Source of the DNA: Candidatus Zhuqueibacterota bacterium
GTDB taxonomy: Bacteria > Zhuqueibacterota > Zhuqueibacteria > Thermofontimicrobiales > Thermofontimicrobiaceae
Length of the DNA: 64,000 nucleotides
Direction of reading: 5' to 3'
Assembly (NCBI GenBank): GCA_049322915.1
Contig: JBMOPW010000045.1
Span: 1-64,000 of the forward strand
Shown: piece after piece, positions 49,901 through 60,100 of the stretch
Position numbering within the stretch: the stretch's first letter is position 1
How the letters are laid out: each line of letters opens with the position of its first letter
The notes under the pieces: model-generated
Database searches by the model: none
Seen by the model: the letters and a program-made list of their open reading frames with translations, nothing else
What the model was told of the DNA's origin: nothing
Translations under genes and position numbers: made by a program

Positions 49901-50437
49901 TCCAGGGTGCGAATGGGGCCCGGGACCGATTACAAACCGATTGGCAATGTCAGCGCCGGGGAGCAGTTGAATTGGCTGGATGAAAAAAATAACTGGTGCC
50001 AGGTTGAGATGAAGCCGAAAGAGGTGGGGTGGATTTTAGTCGACCTGGCAAAGGACATCACGCTGCCACCTGTGACTGCCTCGAAAAATGCCTCGGCCTA
50101 CGCCGGGCCGGGAGCCAATTACGCTGTGGTTGGCACGGTGAAGTCCGGGACGAAGTATTCACCACGAACAAAGAAAAATGGCTGGTATCAGGTGGATTTA
50201 TCCAATGGTACCCAGGGCTGGATCAAAGAAGATGTTTTTACGTCGCAAAAAACCCGCGTTGTTTTTACTATGGAGAAGTCGAATATCCGAAGCGGACCAG
50301 GCCAGTTCTACGAAGTCGTCGAGCAAGTCGAACCAGCGACGGACCTGACGATCATTGGCATCGAAGGCGACTGGTATTATGTCGAATTGCAGGATGGAAA
50401 GAAAGGGTACATCAAGAAAGATTTGGTTTTCGAATAA
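46988..50437 (+). CDS. Lipoprotein composed of 17 tandem bacterial SH3 (SH3b) domains
   Basis: Lipobox AFSC; repeats of N(I/L/V)RxGPG...W(Y)xV...GW(I); Ser/Gly linker after domain 8; GGAGG RBS. Confidence 0.9.
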   Translation: MKVRYYFLSVIALMTVAFSCGPEYIGQSPIISISADTELRNGPGPDYDRITTVKAGTQVFLMESENDWHKVRLADGTMGWIFKGITKTSTAEKVVVLQDARIRRGPGEEYSAFAIVKKGKTLDALGTQGNWYQVDLTDGKTGWISHSDAEKVTHRNLIANKDTAILLNPDANAPVMVMVDKGTELIQLKKQGGYYMVRLPGGSTGWIHEDYVGAVKERTLTVKERALIRFGPSVEFDVVGTVERGARLTKLDQRESWYQVRTPQGEVGWIYKDFIQTVAGTQGSVVSEDQPEYVITNSDCNIRQGYGTNWEKIAEVKKGTLLVRIGQKDEWYRVKMPDQRIGWIRQDLVNSNADVLVALEDCNIRLGPSTNYRVKSTVEKGTPLAKISEQDGWSRVYLPNGEIGWIRNDLRADKDAALITNQECNVREGPGTNYTQIDRISKGTSLKEIGRQNEWRQVQLPSGRTGWIREDLLEGTENQLVANERANLRKGPGTEYVIVTEVEKLTPMTLIGEQGDWYKVRLKSGTTGWIRKDLVSYSYYPSVSGTQSHNSPGSGASSSGGSSSSSSSPLYSGVKMKITDPVKIRMGPGTDHPEITTLTTGTEVTRIDQQGEWFEVITRSGTKGFVHQSGFNIGSPTSLVMKQRGNIRRGPSTNFTVLTTLEQGAEVTKIEQRDDWIYVKISNDEKGWIQKDLVGPKTITPLVPSAKPEIGKFVTTEKVNIRKGPGTDYPIVRSVLPNTTVNIIGKHEDWYEVNLITGESGWMFSKLGDKEVYKKIIVTNKTEVHQEPDSESGVLANVEAGEIFDPIATQGSWYRITYKRGDTGWISVGNVAELKYPQVYVNSGTVNIHRNPDKNAPRIAVVKEGIELTPINEEEDWLFVVLPRGDKGWIEKALVNRQKYPRVIIVKETKAYEQPTNSSRAIASLFTDDEFATLDKKDNWHKVLLRGSEIGWVYGGYLKEKSRGKLLVRENSRVRMGPGTDYKPIGNVSAGEQLNWLDEKNNWCQVEMKPKEVGWILVDLAKDITLPPVTASKNASAYAGPGANYAVVGTVKSGTKYSPRTKKNGWYQVDLSNGTQGWIKEDVFTSQKTRVVFTMEKSNIRSGPGQFYEVVEQVEPATDLTIIGIEGDWYYVELQDGKKGYIKKDLVFE

Positions 50438-50440
50438 AAT

Positions 50441-51034
50441 ATGAAGATGAACGAGTACGTTATTCGAAGCGATCGGCGCCAATCGCTCCCTGATCCAAAC
50501 ACCTCGGCGCTTCTTCTCATTGACTTGCAGGAATACTTTCGTGAAATTGCAACTCCCATCATTATGAACCTTGCTCAATTAATCACCAGATGCCGTCAGC
50601 GGCATGTGCCCATCATTTACACGCAGCATGCGCATCCGTCCCCGGAAAGCGATGGCGGAATGCTCGCCAAATGGTGGGGAGATCTGATAATCGCCGGGAC
50701 GCCGGTCGCCAATATTCTGCACGAGTTATCGCCTGAACCGGCAGATAAAATTGTTCACAAAACCAGGTACAGCGCGTTCCACAACACCGATCTTCACGCT
50801 TACCTGAAGGAACAAAGGATCAGACAGGTCATCATTGCCGGAGTGATGACCAACCTGTGCTGCGAAACCACTGCCAGGGATGCTTTTGTCCGTGACTACG
50901 AAGTGTTCTTTTTGGCTGACGGCACAGCGACCGTGTCGGATCAATACCATCGGGCAACGTTGCTCAATCTGTCCTTTGGTTTCGCGCATCTCACGACCTG
51001 CTACGACGCGGCTCGTTCGCTCGTATCGCAGTGA
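50441..51034 (+). CDS. Isochorismatase-family cysteine hydrolase
   Basis: ALLLIDLQEYF, KTRYSAF and TNLCCETTARDA (Asp-Lys-Cys triad). Confidence 0.92.
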   Translation: MKMNEYVIRSDRRQSLPDPNTSALLLIDLQEYFREIATPIIMNLAQLITRCRQRHVPIIYTQHAHPSPESDGGMLAKWWGDLIIAGTPVANILHELSPEPADKIVHKTRYSAFHNTDLHAYLKEQRIRQVIIAGVMTNLCCETTARDAFVRDYEVFFLADGTATVSDQYHRATLLNLSFGFAHLTTCYDAARSLVSQ

Positions 51035-51056
51035 TGGGGGAGTAAGTTGAAAATTT

Positions 51057-51488
51057 TTGAAAGGGATACCTATCGTGAAAAACTCACGTTTGCCTATGGC
51101 ATGGCTGCTGCTGGCTGTCTGGCTTGTGTTCGGCGTATGCAAAAACGACGCTGATGTCGGGCGATCCGTTGCGTCGCATGCGGTTCAACCGGCGGATTCA
51201 ACGCAGCAGATTCCGGCCGAATTTGACCGGAGCGGCGACGCCATCCTCCGACAACTCAGGGAAAAAGAAGCGGAATTGATCGCCAAAAAAGAGGAGTTGG
51301 ACAAGATGGCCAGTGAATTGAGCGCCAGGCAGGATGAATTGACGCAAATTCAGGCTGAGCTGAAAAATTACCGCAATGTTTCATACATCATCTTTCTGAT
51401 AGGCATTCTATTGATACTGTCCGGGCTGATTGCATCGACGCGGCGTCGCAAATCCGCGTCTCCTGAATCGGCTCCGCCGGAGCAGTAA
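51057..51488 (+). CDS. Hypothetical exported coiled-coil protein with C-terminal TM helix
   Basis: N-terminal hydrophobic segment, heptad region, TM helix followed by RRRK; start uncertain. Confidence 0.65.
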   Translation: MKGIPIVKNSRLPMAWLLLAVWLVFGVCKNDADVGRSVASHAVQPADSTQQIPAEFDRSGDAILRQLREKEAELIAKKEELDKMASELSARQDELTQIQAELKNYRNVSYIIFLIGILLILSGLIASTRRRKSASPESAPPEQ

Positions 51489-51674
51489 CCCGGCGCGTCG
51501 TTCGGGTTCGGGCATTGATCGCCCGGCAAACAACGCAGCGTCACTGACATGACGAGTTGTCCTGCAGATCGTGGTCAGTGCAATTGTTCATCATTCAATT
51601 CAGGTTCAAATCGGTTTCGGACGGATGGCGCCGGCGCAGCCGGATCGCATCATTTTTCGAGGAGTACTGGCGGA

Positions 51675-52322
51675 ATGGACAGAGGTGTCGGAGACGGGCG
51701 TGACAGCCTTCAAAACTACAATGAATTTTTGAAACAGTATTTCGAGCGCGAGAACAGGGATTTCGTCACGTTCCTGATACAGGAATTGGATCTGGGGTAT
51801 CAGTCGCGCATCCTGCAGCTTGGCTCCGGTGCCGGCTGGCTCAGTCTGGAGCTGGCAAGACGCTTGCCTGAAGCGTCGATCGTCGGGCTGGAATCGGACC
51901 AGGCGTTGGTTCAAATGGCCTCGCAAAACCTGAAGCACATGAAACTCGCCAACCTTCGCTTTATGTGCGGAGAATTGGACCAGCTCGATATCTTTCCCAA
52001 TCGGTCCTTCGATGCGGTAATTTCCAATCAGCAGTTGCACCGATGGAAATCGCCGCAGCGCATTTTCAATGAATTCAATCGGCTGCTCGAAAAGGGCGGG
52101 AAATACGCGATCGGCGATACCCGGCGCGACCTGAAAGCCCTGGCAAAACTGGTCATCTGGTTCCGCTCGCTCACCATGCCCGGCGCATTCCGCGCGTCCT
52201 GGCGCAGCGACCTTGCCGGTAGTTACACCGTCAGCGAGGTTGTTCAGCTTTTATTGCAGACAAAATTGAAGGACTGGAAAATCCGCAGCAGCCTGTTTGA
52301 TTTGTTGATTTACAAGCCATAG
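51675..52322 (+). CDS. Class I SAM-dependent methyltransferase
   Basis: ILQLGSGAG motif I, FDAVISN and LEKGG; start placed at ATG 51675 after GAGGAG. Confidence 0.85.
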   Translation: MDRGVGDGRDSLQNYNEFLKQYFERENRDFVTFLIQELDLGYQSRILQLGSGAGWLSLELARRLPEASIVGLESDQALVQMASQNLKHMKLANLRFMCGELDQLDIFPNRSFDAVISNQQLHRWKSPQRIFNEFNRLLEKGGKYAIGDTRRDLKALAKLVIWFRSLTMPGAFRASWRSDLAGSYTVSEVVQLLLQTKLKDWKIRSSLFDLLIYKP

Positions 52323-52471
52323 TTATTCGGACGGAAAATCGGGTCGTTCACTGATACCGCGCCCTCATGGTCTCGAATGAGTGAATTCAGTGCATTCACC
52401 TTGACCGCAGCGCCGGGTAAGCGCCCCGACAATTGGCCCGTAACATTCAAACCAATAAAGAATGTCAGCCC

Positions 52472-54874
52472 ATGATTATCAAAAGCCTTCATTTGCAATA
52501 CTATCGTCGCTTCAAAAATTTGGATCTGGAACTGCCGGAGAATCTGGTGGGCATTGTCGGCAGCAACGGCTCCGGCAAGACCACCATTGTGGAAGCCATT
52601 GGCTGGTGTTTGTACGGCAACCGGATCAAGCGCACGGACAAGCTGGATATTCGCTCCCAGTTTTGTGACCCATCGGATGTCTGTTCAGTGGAAATGGTGT
52701 TTCGCTGCGGGGAGCATGAATATCGAATCCTTCGCCAGATGCGGGGAAAGGCGGCTGCCACCGAGGCGGCGATTTATCTGAATTCCGGGGTAGAACCGGA
52801 GGCGGTGCAGGAGCGCGGTGTGAATGAGTACGTGGAGAATTTGCTCAATCTCGATTATCGGTCGTTCTTCATCTCGGTATTTGCCAGGCAACGGGATCTG
52901 GCTGCGCTTTCCGCGTTACAGCCGGAGGAGCGGCGCAAGAGCATTGCCCGACTGATAAACATCGAGGCCGTTGATCGGGCGAGAAACGAGATGCGCACGG
53001 ATCGGTCCAATAAAGAAGCGCGCAAAAGCGGCATCGAGTCCAGCCTGAAGAATGAGCAGGAGTTGAAGGAGCAGCAGCGGCAGTTGAAACTGGAACTGAC
53101 GGCTCGGGAAAAATCCAAGAAAGAACTGAAACATCAGTTGACGTGTGCGCAGGAAGAGCATCAGGCTGTCAAGTCGGAATTTGAAAAGCTCAATGCGCTG
53201 AGGGACCAGCATCAGCAGATACAGGCGCGGATCGAAAAATGGAATGAGCGCAAATCCAATTTTGAGTCGCAGAGGAACAAACACCTGCAGCAGATTGAAG
53301 TGATTCAAAAAGCGGAAAGGGAGTTGAAAATCTTGCAGCCGCAACTGGTGGATTACAAGCTGGTTCAAAAAGAAAAAGAGCGGCTGGACAGGGAGAGCAA
53401 TCGTTTCATCGAAATGAAGGGCAAGCAGGATGAGCTGCAGCGACTGACGCAGCGATTCACGCGCGAGCAGGTGAATCTGACCCGGTTGGAGGAAGAGCAG
53501 AAGGCGCTCACCGGAATTGACGCGAAGGCGACGCAGGAGGAAGAACGGCTCCTGCAACTGGAGCAGCAACGAGAGCGATTGCGCCAGGAAATGGCTCAGC
53601 TACAGGGACTGAAGACCAATGTCAAAGAGAAGGGCGTGGAGATCAAGGCCAAACAGACCCGAATCAGCGAGCTCGGCCCGGAAAGTCCCTGTCCTGTCTG
53701 CACGCGGCCATTGAAGGATCACTACGGGCAGGTGCTGAGCGAGTTCGAAACAGAATTGAAAACGCTCCGCCAGCAATATGTCCAGTACGACCAGAAGGAA
53801 AATGAAAAGCAAGAAGAAATTGACCGGGCGGATGGCGAGTTGAAAAATTTGAAGAAGCAACGCGATGGCCTGCTGCAGGCCCGGGAGCAATTCAAAGAAC
53901 GGGAGAAGCAGCGGAAACAGCTCCACGAGAGCGTGACTGAAACCGGGCTGAGTATCAAAACAATCAAGGGTGAAATCACCGCGCTGGGCAAAGTGGATTA
54001 CGACGAGAAACGCCATCAGGAATTTAAAAAGAATTTCAAAAAGATGACCGAACTCCGCGACCAGTTACTGAAATGTGAGGAGCAGGCGAAGCGCCTGCCG
54101 GACGTGCAGCAGGAGATCGATCAGATTGAATCGACGCTGAAAGATCTGACGGCTGAAATTCAAGTGGAATTGGAGCGAAAAAAGGAGCTTGGATTTGACG
54201 AAATCGCCTTTCAAATGGTGAAGCAGCGGCTGGAAAAGAAACAGAATGAAGTGGAACTTGTGAAGGATGATATTCATAAAGCGGAGCAGGAGATCATCAA
54301 AATTTCCAAAGATAAAGACCATGTTTCCAATGAGCTGAATACAATCCAGAAGCTGCAGGAAGAGATCAAACAGATCGACGAGGAGATCGTTTACCTCAAG
54401 GCATTGGATCACCATTTCGGCAATTTCAGGCAGGAATTGACCGGCAGAATCCGTCCCATCATCGCCAGCCGGGCGTCGGAACTGCTGCATGTAACGACGA
54501 GTGGCCGCTATTCGTTTCTGGAACTCGATGAGGATTACAATCTGTACCTGTACGACCAGGCCAGTCGCTTCCCATTGGCGCGTTTTTCCGGGGGAGAGCA
54601 GGATCTGGCAAATCTCTGCCTGCGCATTGCCATCAGCCAGGTGGTGGCCGAACGCTCCGGCCGGTCGCGAATTAATTTCATCGTGCTCGATGAAATCTTC
54701 GGCTCCCAGGATGAACAACGCAAAGAATTGATCCTGACCGCATTGCAGCAGTTGTATTCCCAGTTCCGGCAGATTTTTATCATCACCCACATCGATAGTG
54801 TTAAAGACGCGCTGCCAGTTGTGATTTCAGTGACAGAAAAGTCGCTGGAAGAAAGCGTCGCCGTGCTGGTCTGA
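52472..54874 (+). CDS. sbcC: SbcC/Rad50-like SMC ATPase
   Basis: Walker A GSNGSGKTT, coiled coils, zinc hook CPVC, signature FSGGE, Walker B/D-loop VLDEIFGSQD, ITH. Confidence 0.88.
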   Translation: MIIKSLHLQYYRRFKNLDLELPENLVGIVGSNGSGKTTIVEAIGWCLYGNRIKRTDKLDIRSQFCDPSDVCSVEMVFRCGEHEYRILRQMRGKAAATEAAIYLNSGVEPEAVQERGVNEYVENLLNLDYRSFFISVFARQRDLAALSALQPEERRKSIARLINIEAVDRARNEMRTDRSNKEARKSGIESSLKNEQELKEQQRQLKLELTAREKSKKELKHQLTCAQEEHQAVKSEFEKLNALRDQHQQIQARIEKWNERKSNFESQRNKHLQQIEVIQKAERELKILQPQLVDYKLVQKEKERLDRESNRFIEMKGKQDELQRLTQRFTREQVNLTRLEEEQKALTGIDAKATQEEERLLQLEQQRERLRQEMAQLQGLKTNVKEKGVEIKAKQTRISELGPESPCPVCTRPLKDHYGQVLSEFETELKTLRQQYVQYDQKENEKQEEIDRADGELKNLKKQRDGLLQAREQFKEREKQRKQLHESVTETGLSIKTIKGEITALGKVDYDEKRHQEFKKNFKKMTELRDQLLKCEEQAKRLPDVQQEIDQIESTLKDLTAEIQVELERKKELGFDEIAFQMVKQRLEKKQNEVELVKDDIHKAEQEIIKISKDKDHVSNELNTIQKLQEEIKQIDEEIVYLKALDHHFGNFRQELTGRIRPIIASRASELLHVTTSGRYSFLELDEDYNLYLYDQASRFPLARFSGGEQDLANLCLRIAISQVVAERSGRSRINFIVLDEIFGSQDEQRKELILTALQQLYSQFRQIFIITHIDSVKDALPVVISVTEKSLEESVAVLV

Positions 54875-54898
54875 TCGAAAAAAGGAGAGCGCCAAACA

Positions 54899-55213
54899 AT
54901 GACCGAAAATGACCTGGAACAGCCTGAACCCGGGGAATCAGAGGAGGAGTATTTTTCCGAGCCGATCATCGTCACGGATGTGCTGGATCTGCACGGATTT
55001 TTTCCTGAGCAGGTTCACGAGATCGTGACAGAGTTCATCCGGAATGCAATGGAATTGAAGCTGACGATGCTGCGCATCATTCACGGCAAGGGGCGGAGCA
55101 AGCTGAAATGGACCGTGCACCAGGTCCTCAATGAAAATCCACATGTGGCGCGATTCGGCGACGCCCGGCCTGAAATGGGAGGGTGGGGCGCGACGATTGT
55201 GGAACTGAAATAG
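54899..55213 (+). CDS. Stand-alone Smr/MutS2 C-terminal domain protein
   Basis: LDLHG, IIHGKG and GGWGATIVEL motifs; AAGGAG RBS. Confidence 0.9.
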   Translation: MTENDLEQPEPGESEEEYFSEPIIVTDVLDLHGFFPEQVHEIVTEFIRNAMELKLTMLRIIHGKGRSKLKWTVHQVLNENPHVARFGDARPEMGGWGATIVELK

Positions 55214-55504
55214 CGGCCCCGGATTCGACGTGTTCCACCGACCCGATGCCTCAGTGTGTATCTGCGAAAAACATACCCCTTTTCCCCCCACCGCGCTCTT
55301 GCTGACAGCCCTGTCGGAGCCAATTATCCCCTGCCTGTGCCAGCGACGGATGCGGTCAATTCTTCGTCAATTGGGAAAAATTTTCCTCCTTTTGATACAC
55401 TTGCCGCTTTGCTATAAATTCCCTGCGATTTAACAGTGTCCGGTAATTTTCACATTTTCAAGGGACTGAGCCATTACCATAACTTCATCGGATTTCCATC
55501 TTTG

Positions 55505-55520
55505 TGGAACGAAGTTTGCA
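55505..55520 (+). promoter_or_regulatory. Putative sigma54 -24/-12 promoter
   Basis: TGGAACGAAGTTTGCA, one mismatch to TGGCACG-N4-TTGCA. Confidence 0.6.
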
Positions 55521-55636
55521 ATCGGTCATTTCGAATGGATTGAAAAACATCCAAACTACCTAATATTGATACGATTAACGGATTTGATTCTACAGGCTGC
55601 GGCGGGGAACCGTGGTGTGGAAGCTGAGGTGACTTG

Positions 55637-55903
55637 ATGAGGACGATTCTGGATTCGGAATTGCTGACATTGCGCGAGGCTCAGAGATTGCTGAACGTGA
55701 ACAGGTGCGAAATAATGGAAATGATCGAGACTGGCCAATTGGCCACTGTGGAAACAGGCTCGAACATTCGAATAGAAGGTCGGATATTGAAGATCTTATT
55801 GGCGTGCAGTTGCATAAATCTCAATGAAAACGAGGCGCTCGATCATGTATGCGAATGCGATGCCTCGGATTATGAAATAGAAATGATCTCGGATTGGACG
55901 TAA
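55637..55903 (+). CDS. Excisionase-like (HTH_17) DNA-binding protein with Cys-rich tail
   Basis: LLTLREAQRLLNV...MIETGQL...GSNIRI; GAGGTG RBS. Confidence 0.65.
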   Translation: MRTILDSELLTLREAQRLLNVNRCEIMEMIETGQLATVETGSNIRIEGRILKILLACSCINLNENEALDHVCECDASDYEIEMISDWT

Positions 55904-55930
55904 TTTTGAGTGACAACGACAATGAAGTTG

Positions 55931-57136
55931 TCATTTGAATTCGAAAACTGCTTTTACGACGGATGAGTTTTTTTTATCGGTAACAATGCGCAGCGCGTCG
56001 CGGTAATTTTCCAGTCGGAACCGATGGGTGATGAGCCCGTCGAGATTGAGCTTTTTCTCCGTTACAAACCGCATTGCCAGATCGAAGGTCGAAATTTTCT
56101 CGCCGTAAAAATCCTCCTGACCGTGGCAGAAACTGCCCAGTATTTGAATTTCCTGAAATACAATCGGGGTGTAGTCAAACCGGGACGGGCTGTAATCGAC
56201 GCCGACCAGGACGATGGTTCCGCCGGCCTTGCACCAGCGCGCTGCATGGTGTATCGATTCTCCTTTTCCCACGCAATCAAATATCACATCGTAACCGCCT
56301 AATAGCATGTGGTTGTTGAACATGCCGGCGTAATGCTTTGCTCCGGTGATTTCAGCGATTTTTTCGTACTGATTTTTTCCGGAAAGAATGACATCCGCGC
56401 CAGCGCGTTGCGCCAGCTCCATCTGGTAGGGGTGGCGCGCAAGAACGGTGACGCGGCACTCCGGTTGCACGAGCTTGATCACCTTCACCGTCAGCAATCC
56501 GATGATGCCCGCGCCAATCACCAGCACAGAGTCCCCGGCAGCCGGCTTCTTTTTCAGCACCGCCCGCACAGCGACTGCGGCTGGTTCGATGAGCACGGCC
56601 TGGTCGTCGGTCAGTGAATCGGGCGCAGGCAGGATGTTGCTCTCGTGGCTCAGAAATAATTCACTCCAGCCTCCGCCGATGTTTTCCGGGAGCGTCCCCT
56701 CGGATTGATTCTCGCACAATGCATAATTCCCTTTGGCGCACTGGGCGCATATCGGCTCGATTTCCTTCTGAAAACAATTCGGCATTGTCTTTTGAAAAAT
56801 GACGCGATCTCCAATTTTGAACCCTGTCACGCGCGATCCCACCTCGATCACTTCACCGCAGATTTCATGTCCCAGAAAAACCCGCGAAAGCCCGGGCAGC
56901 GCTGCCAGCGATATTTTGGGATTCGCTTCCAGAAAAAACAGGCTGAGATCGCTGCCACAAATCCCGGACAACCGATTTTTGATGCGCACCCATTTGGATC
57001 CTGGCAAAGGGATTTCTGACAATTCACCGAAGGAGACCGGCGATATACGGCTGTAAAACACGTTTTTCCAGAGCCGGCCGATCACCTGCGTGAGAAGAAT
57101 TTTGGGAATATTCAAATCGAAATAGATCGATTTCAT
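55931..57136 (-). CDS. Zinc-binding alcohol dehydrogenase (MDR family)
   Basis: GICGSD, GHE, structural-Zn Cys cluster and GAGIIG motifs. Confidence 0.9.
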   Translation of the reverse strand: MKSIYFDLNIPKILLTQVIGRLWKNVFYSRISPVSFGELSEIPLPGSKWVRIKNRLSGICGSDLSLFFLEANPKISLAALPGLSRVFLGHEICGEVIEVGSRVTGFKIGDRVIFQKTMPNCFQKEIEPICAQCAKGNYALCENQSEGTLPENIGGGWSELFLSHESNILPAPDSLTDDQAVLIEPAAVAVRAVLKKKPAAGDSVLVIGAGIIGLLTVKVIKLVQPECRVTVLARHPYQMELAQRAGADVILSGKNQYEKIAEITGAKHYAGMFNNHMLLGGYDVIFDCVGKGESIHHAARWCKAGGTIVLVGVDYSPSRFDYTPIVFQEIQILGSFCHGQEDFYGEKISTFDLAMRFVTEKKLNLDGLITHRFRLENYRDALRIVTDKKNSSVVKAVFEFK

Positions 57137-57174
57137 TCATGGCCTCCGAAAAGTGAATCCCATTCGCCGCAACT

Positions 57175-60100
57175 TTAGCTGCTCCTTAATTCGTCATTTT
57201 TCCTGTCGCTGATGAACATGTGCCCCGGCGAATGACTGATGAAAAAATCGAGTCGGGCGCCGGCCGCTGCCAGTTGCGACGTGACGCCGCACGCCCAGAA
57301 CACCGGCACTTCGTCTCTGGCAATGGGCACGGCATCCCCGAACGTGGGTCGATGGATGTCGTTAATGCCCAGTTCCCCGGGCCGGGTGATCAGGGTTTTA
57401 AAATTTTCCGGCTGTCGGCACAGCGGGGTTCCGTGTACCGACGGGTAACTGGCTGTGATGTGAAACGCCTGTCTGGCCTGTTTCATGGTCATGGGGCGCA
57501 TGCTCACCACCATTTTTCCGCGAAACGGTCCTGCGGACTGGCAACGAATATTCGTCGTGTACATGGGCACATTTTTATGCAATTCCACGTGCCGAACCGG
57601 GATGCCGGCCTGAATCAGCGCGGCTTCAAAGGTGAAGCTGCATCCCAATAAGAACGCGACCAGGTCCTCGGACCAGTATTCGCGGATATGCAACACATCG
57701 CGATGCCGGGAACTCTTCGCATGAATTCGATACTGCGGGATGTCCGTTCGGATGTCCGCGCCGGGCGCTAAAAAGCGGCTCAGCGGGTCGCCGGGAGCGA
57801 GCCTTTCCAGCAGCGGGCATGGCCTGGGATTGAGGCGGCAGAACTGTTCGAAGTCGGCAGCGTACTGTTTCGGCAGCACCAGCAGATTCATCTGCGCGTG
57901 CCCGGCGCACAGACCGGCGGTCGGCTGCTGCCAGCGCTCCAATCGGATGAGTCGCCGCATTTCGCCGGGGGGCATGATGGCTAATTCATCGTCGGTCAGG
58001 TTATAGCCGCCTCCTCCCGGCGTTTCGATGGAGACGGTATCGCCGGCCTGGCCGCGCAACTGCACCTTGCCGGCCAATGGGACCTGCCGGCCATCCGGCT
58101 TCAGCAGCACATTGCGGCCGGGCGCGCCGCTCTCAGCGCCATGCAGTCCGTAGGGCGCAAACTTGCGTCGTTCGGTGAGCAATGAAATGAGCCGGGATTC
58201 ATGAAATTTAATCTGACGCACCACGCCATTCCCGCCGCAATAATGGCCTTTGCCCCCGCTGTTCGGACGGATGGCGAATTTTTGTACGGAAATTTCAGGG
58301 TAGCGGTGTTCCATCACTTCCGGGTCGGTGATGCGCGTATTGGTCATGTGCGTGTGCACTGCATCCGCGCCATCGAAATGAGCGCCGGCGCCGGCCCCAC
58401 CGGCGATGGTTTCGTAATAGCCAAATCCCTGCTCGCCGAACGTGAAATTGTTCATCGTCCCCTGGGAGGCGGCTGCTTTTTGAAGCGCCAGAAAAAGCAC
58501 ATCCACAATTCGCTGGGATGTTTCCACATTGCCTCCGGCCACGGCTGCGCCGGGTCTGGGATTCAGCACCGAGCCGTGAGGAATGTTAATTTTCAACGGC
58601 TTGAAACAACCGGCATTGAGCGGCACATTGTCCTCGATGAGCGTGCGGAACACATAGAGAATGGCGGATCGAACCACTGCCTGCGGCGCGTTGAGATTGG
58701 TGGAGGTTTGCGGCGATGTGTCCGTGAAATCGATTTCAGCGGCGTTGCCGTGGATGTGAATCGCCACGCGCAATTGCGTGCCATCATCCAGAGAGTCTGT
58801 TGCCTGGTGAACTCCGTCCGGCAATTGGGCGATGGCGTTCCGCATGGCTTTTTCCGCATTGTCCTGCACATATTGCATGTACGCCTGAACAACCTCGAGC
58901 CCGTATTCGCGGATCAATTTCTTCAACTCCTGCACACCTCGGACATTGGCCGCCACTTGCGCCCGCAAATCGGACAATCGCTCGGCTATATTCCGCGCCG
59001 GGTATGGACCGGTTGACAGCGCGCGCGTAATGCCCGATTCATCAAAGACGCCGCCGGCAACCAGCTTGAAATTGGTGATGACCACCCCCTCTTCTGCGAG
59101 GCAGGTTGAAAATGGCGGCATGGAACCGGGCGTAATTCCGCCGATATCGGCATGGTGCCCGCGACTGGCCACGCAAAAAATCAGTTGCCTTAGTTCATCA
59201 AAAACCGGGGTCACAACGGTCACGTCCGGCAGATGCGAACCGCCGTGATACGGATCGTTTGTGACGAATACATCGCCCGGCGCCAGGGTGTTTTTATTTT
59301 GCTCAATGATGAACGCCACGGATTCGCCCATGGCGCCCAGATGCACCGGGATGTGCGGTGCATTGGCCACCAGCCCACCGCCGGGATCGAACAAGGCGCA
59401 ACTGAAATCGAGGCGCTCTTTGATATTCACTGAAAATGCAGTTCGTTGAAGCGCGCGCCCCATCTGTTCGGCGATGCTCATGAACAGATTATTGAAAATT
59501 TCCAGCATCACCGGATCGCGCTGAATCCCGATGCGCCGTTGTTTCATCGAACTGGCATCGTGTTCGAGGAGGATATGCCCCCGCGAATTGACGCGCGCTT
59601 TGAAATCCGGCTCAACAAGGATGGTCGAATTGGGCTCCACAATGACTGCTGGCCCAGCCAGCTCGTCCCCTGGTTTTAGCTGATCGCGCATGAACACCGG
59701 GGTCTGGTGATTCCAACCATCTTCAAAATACACTTTATGAAATTGGGCCGCATCGGGTGCGGTGAGCACGCGAGGGATGCAGACCGATTCCGCTTCTTCC
59801 GGCTTCGGTTGAACGCCAATGACTTCGCTGCGGATGTTCACAATTTCCAGGTCCGAATCTGTTCGGAAACCATAATGCCGCTCGTACTGTTCAAAAAATC
59901 GCGCCAGGCAGGATTCGTAGGAATCGAACAGGACGGTCTCCGCGGTGTCCGTTCCCAACGGTCGAATATCGAGATAGCGCCGGATGTGTATCTGGTCGGA
60001 AGAAATTCCCTCAGCGCAAACCTGGTCGCGCAGCGGTTGTTCCATCGCTTCGAACATCGGCAGCAGCGCGGCCATATTCCCGGCTGAACAGGTGAGAAGA

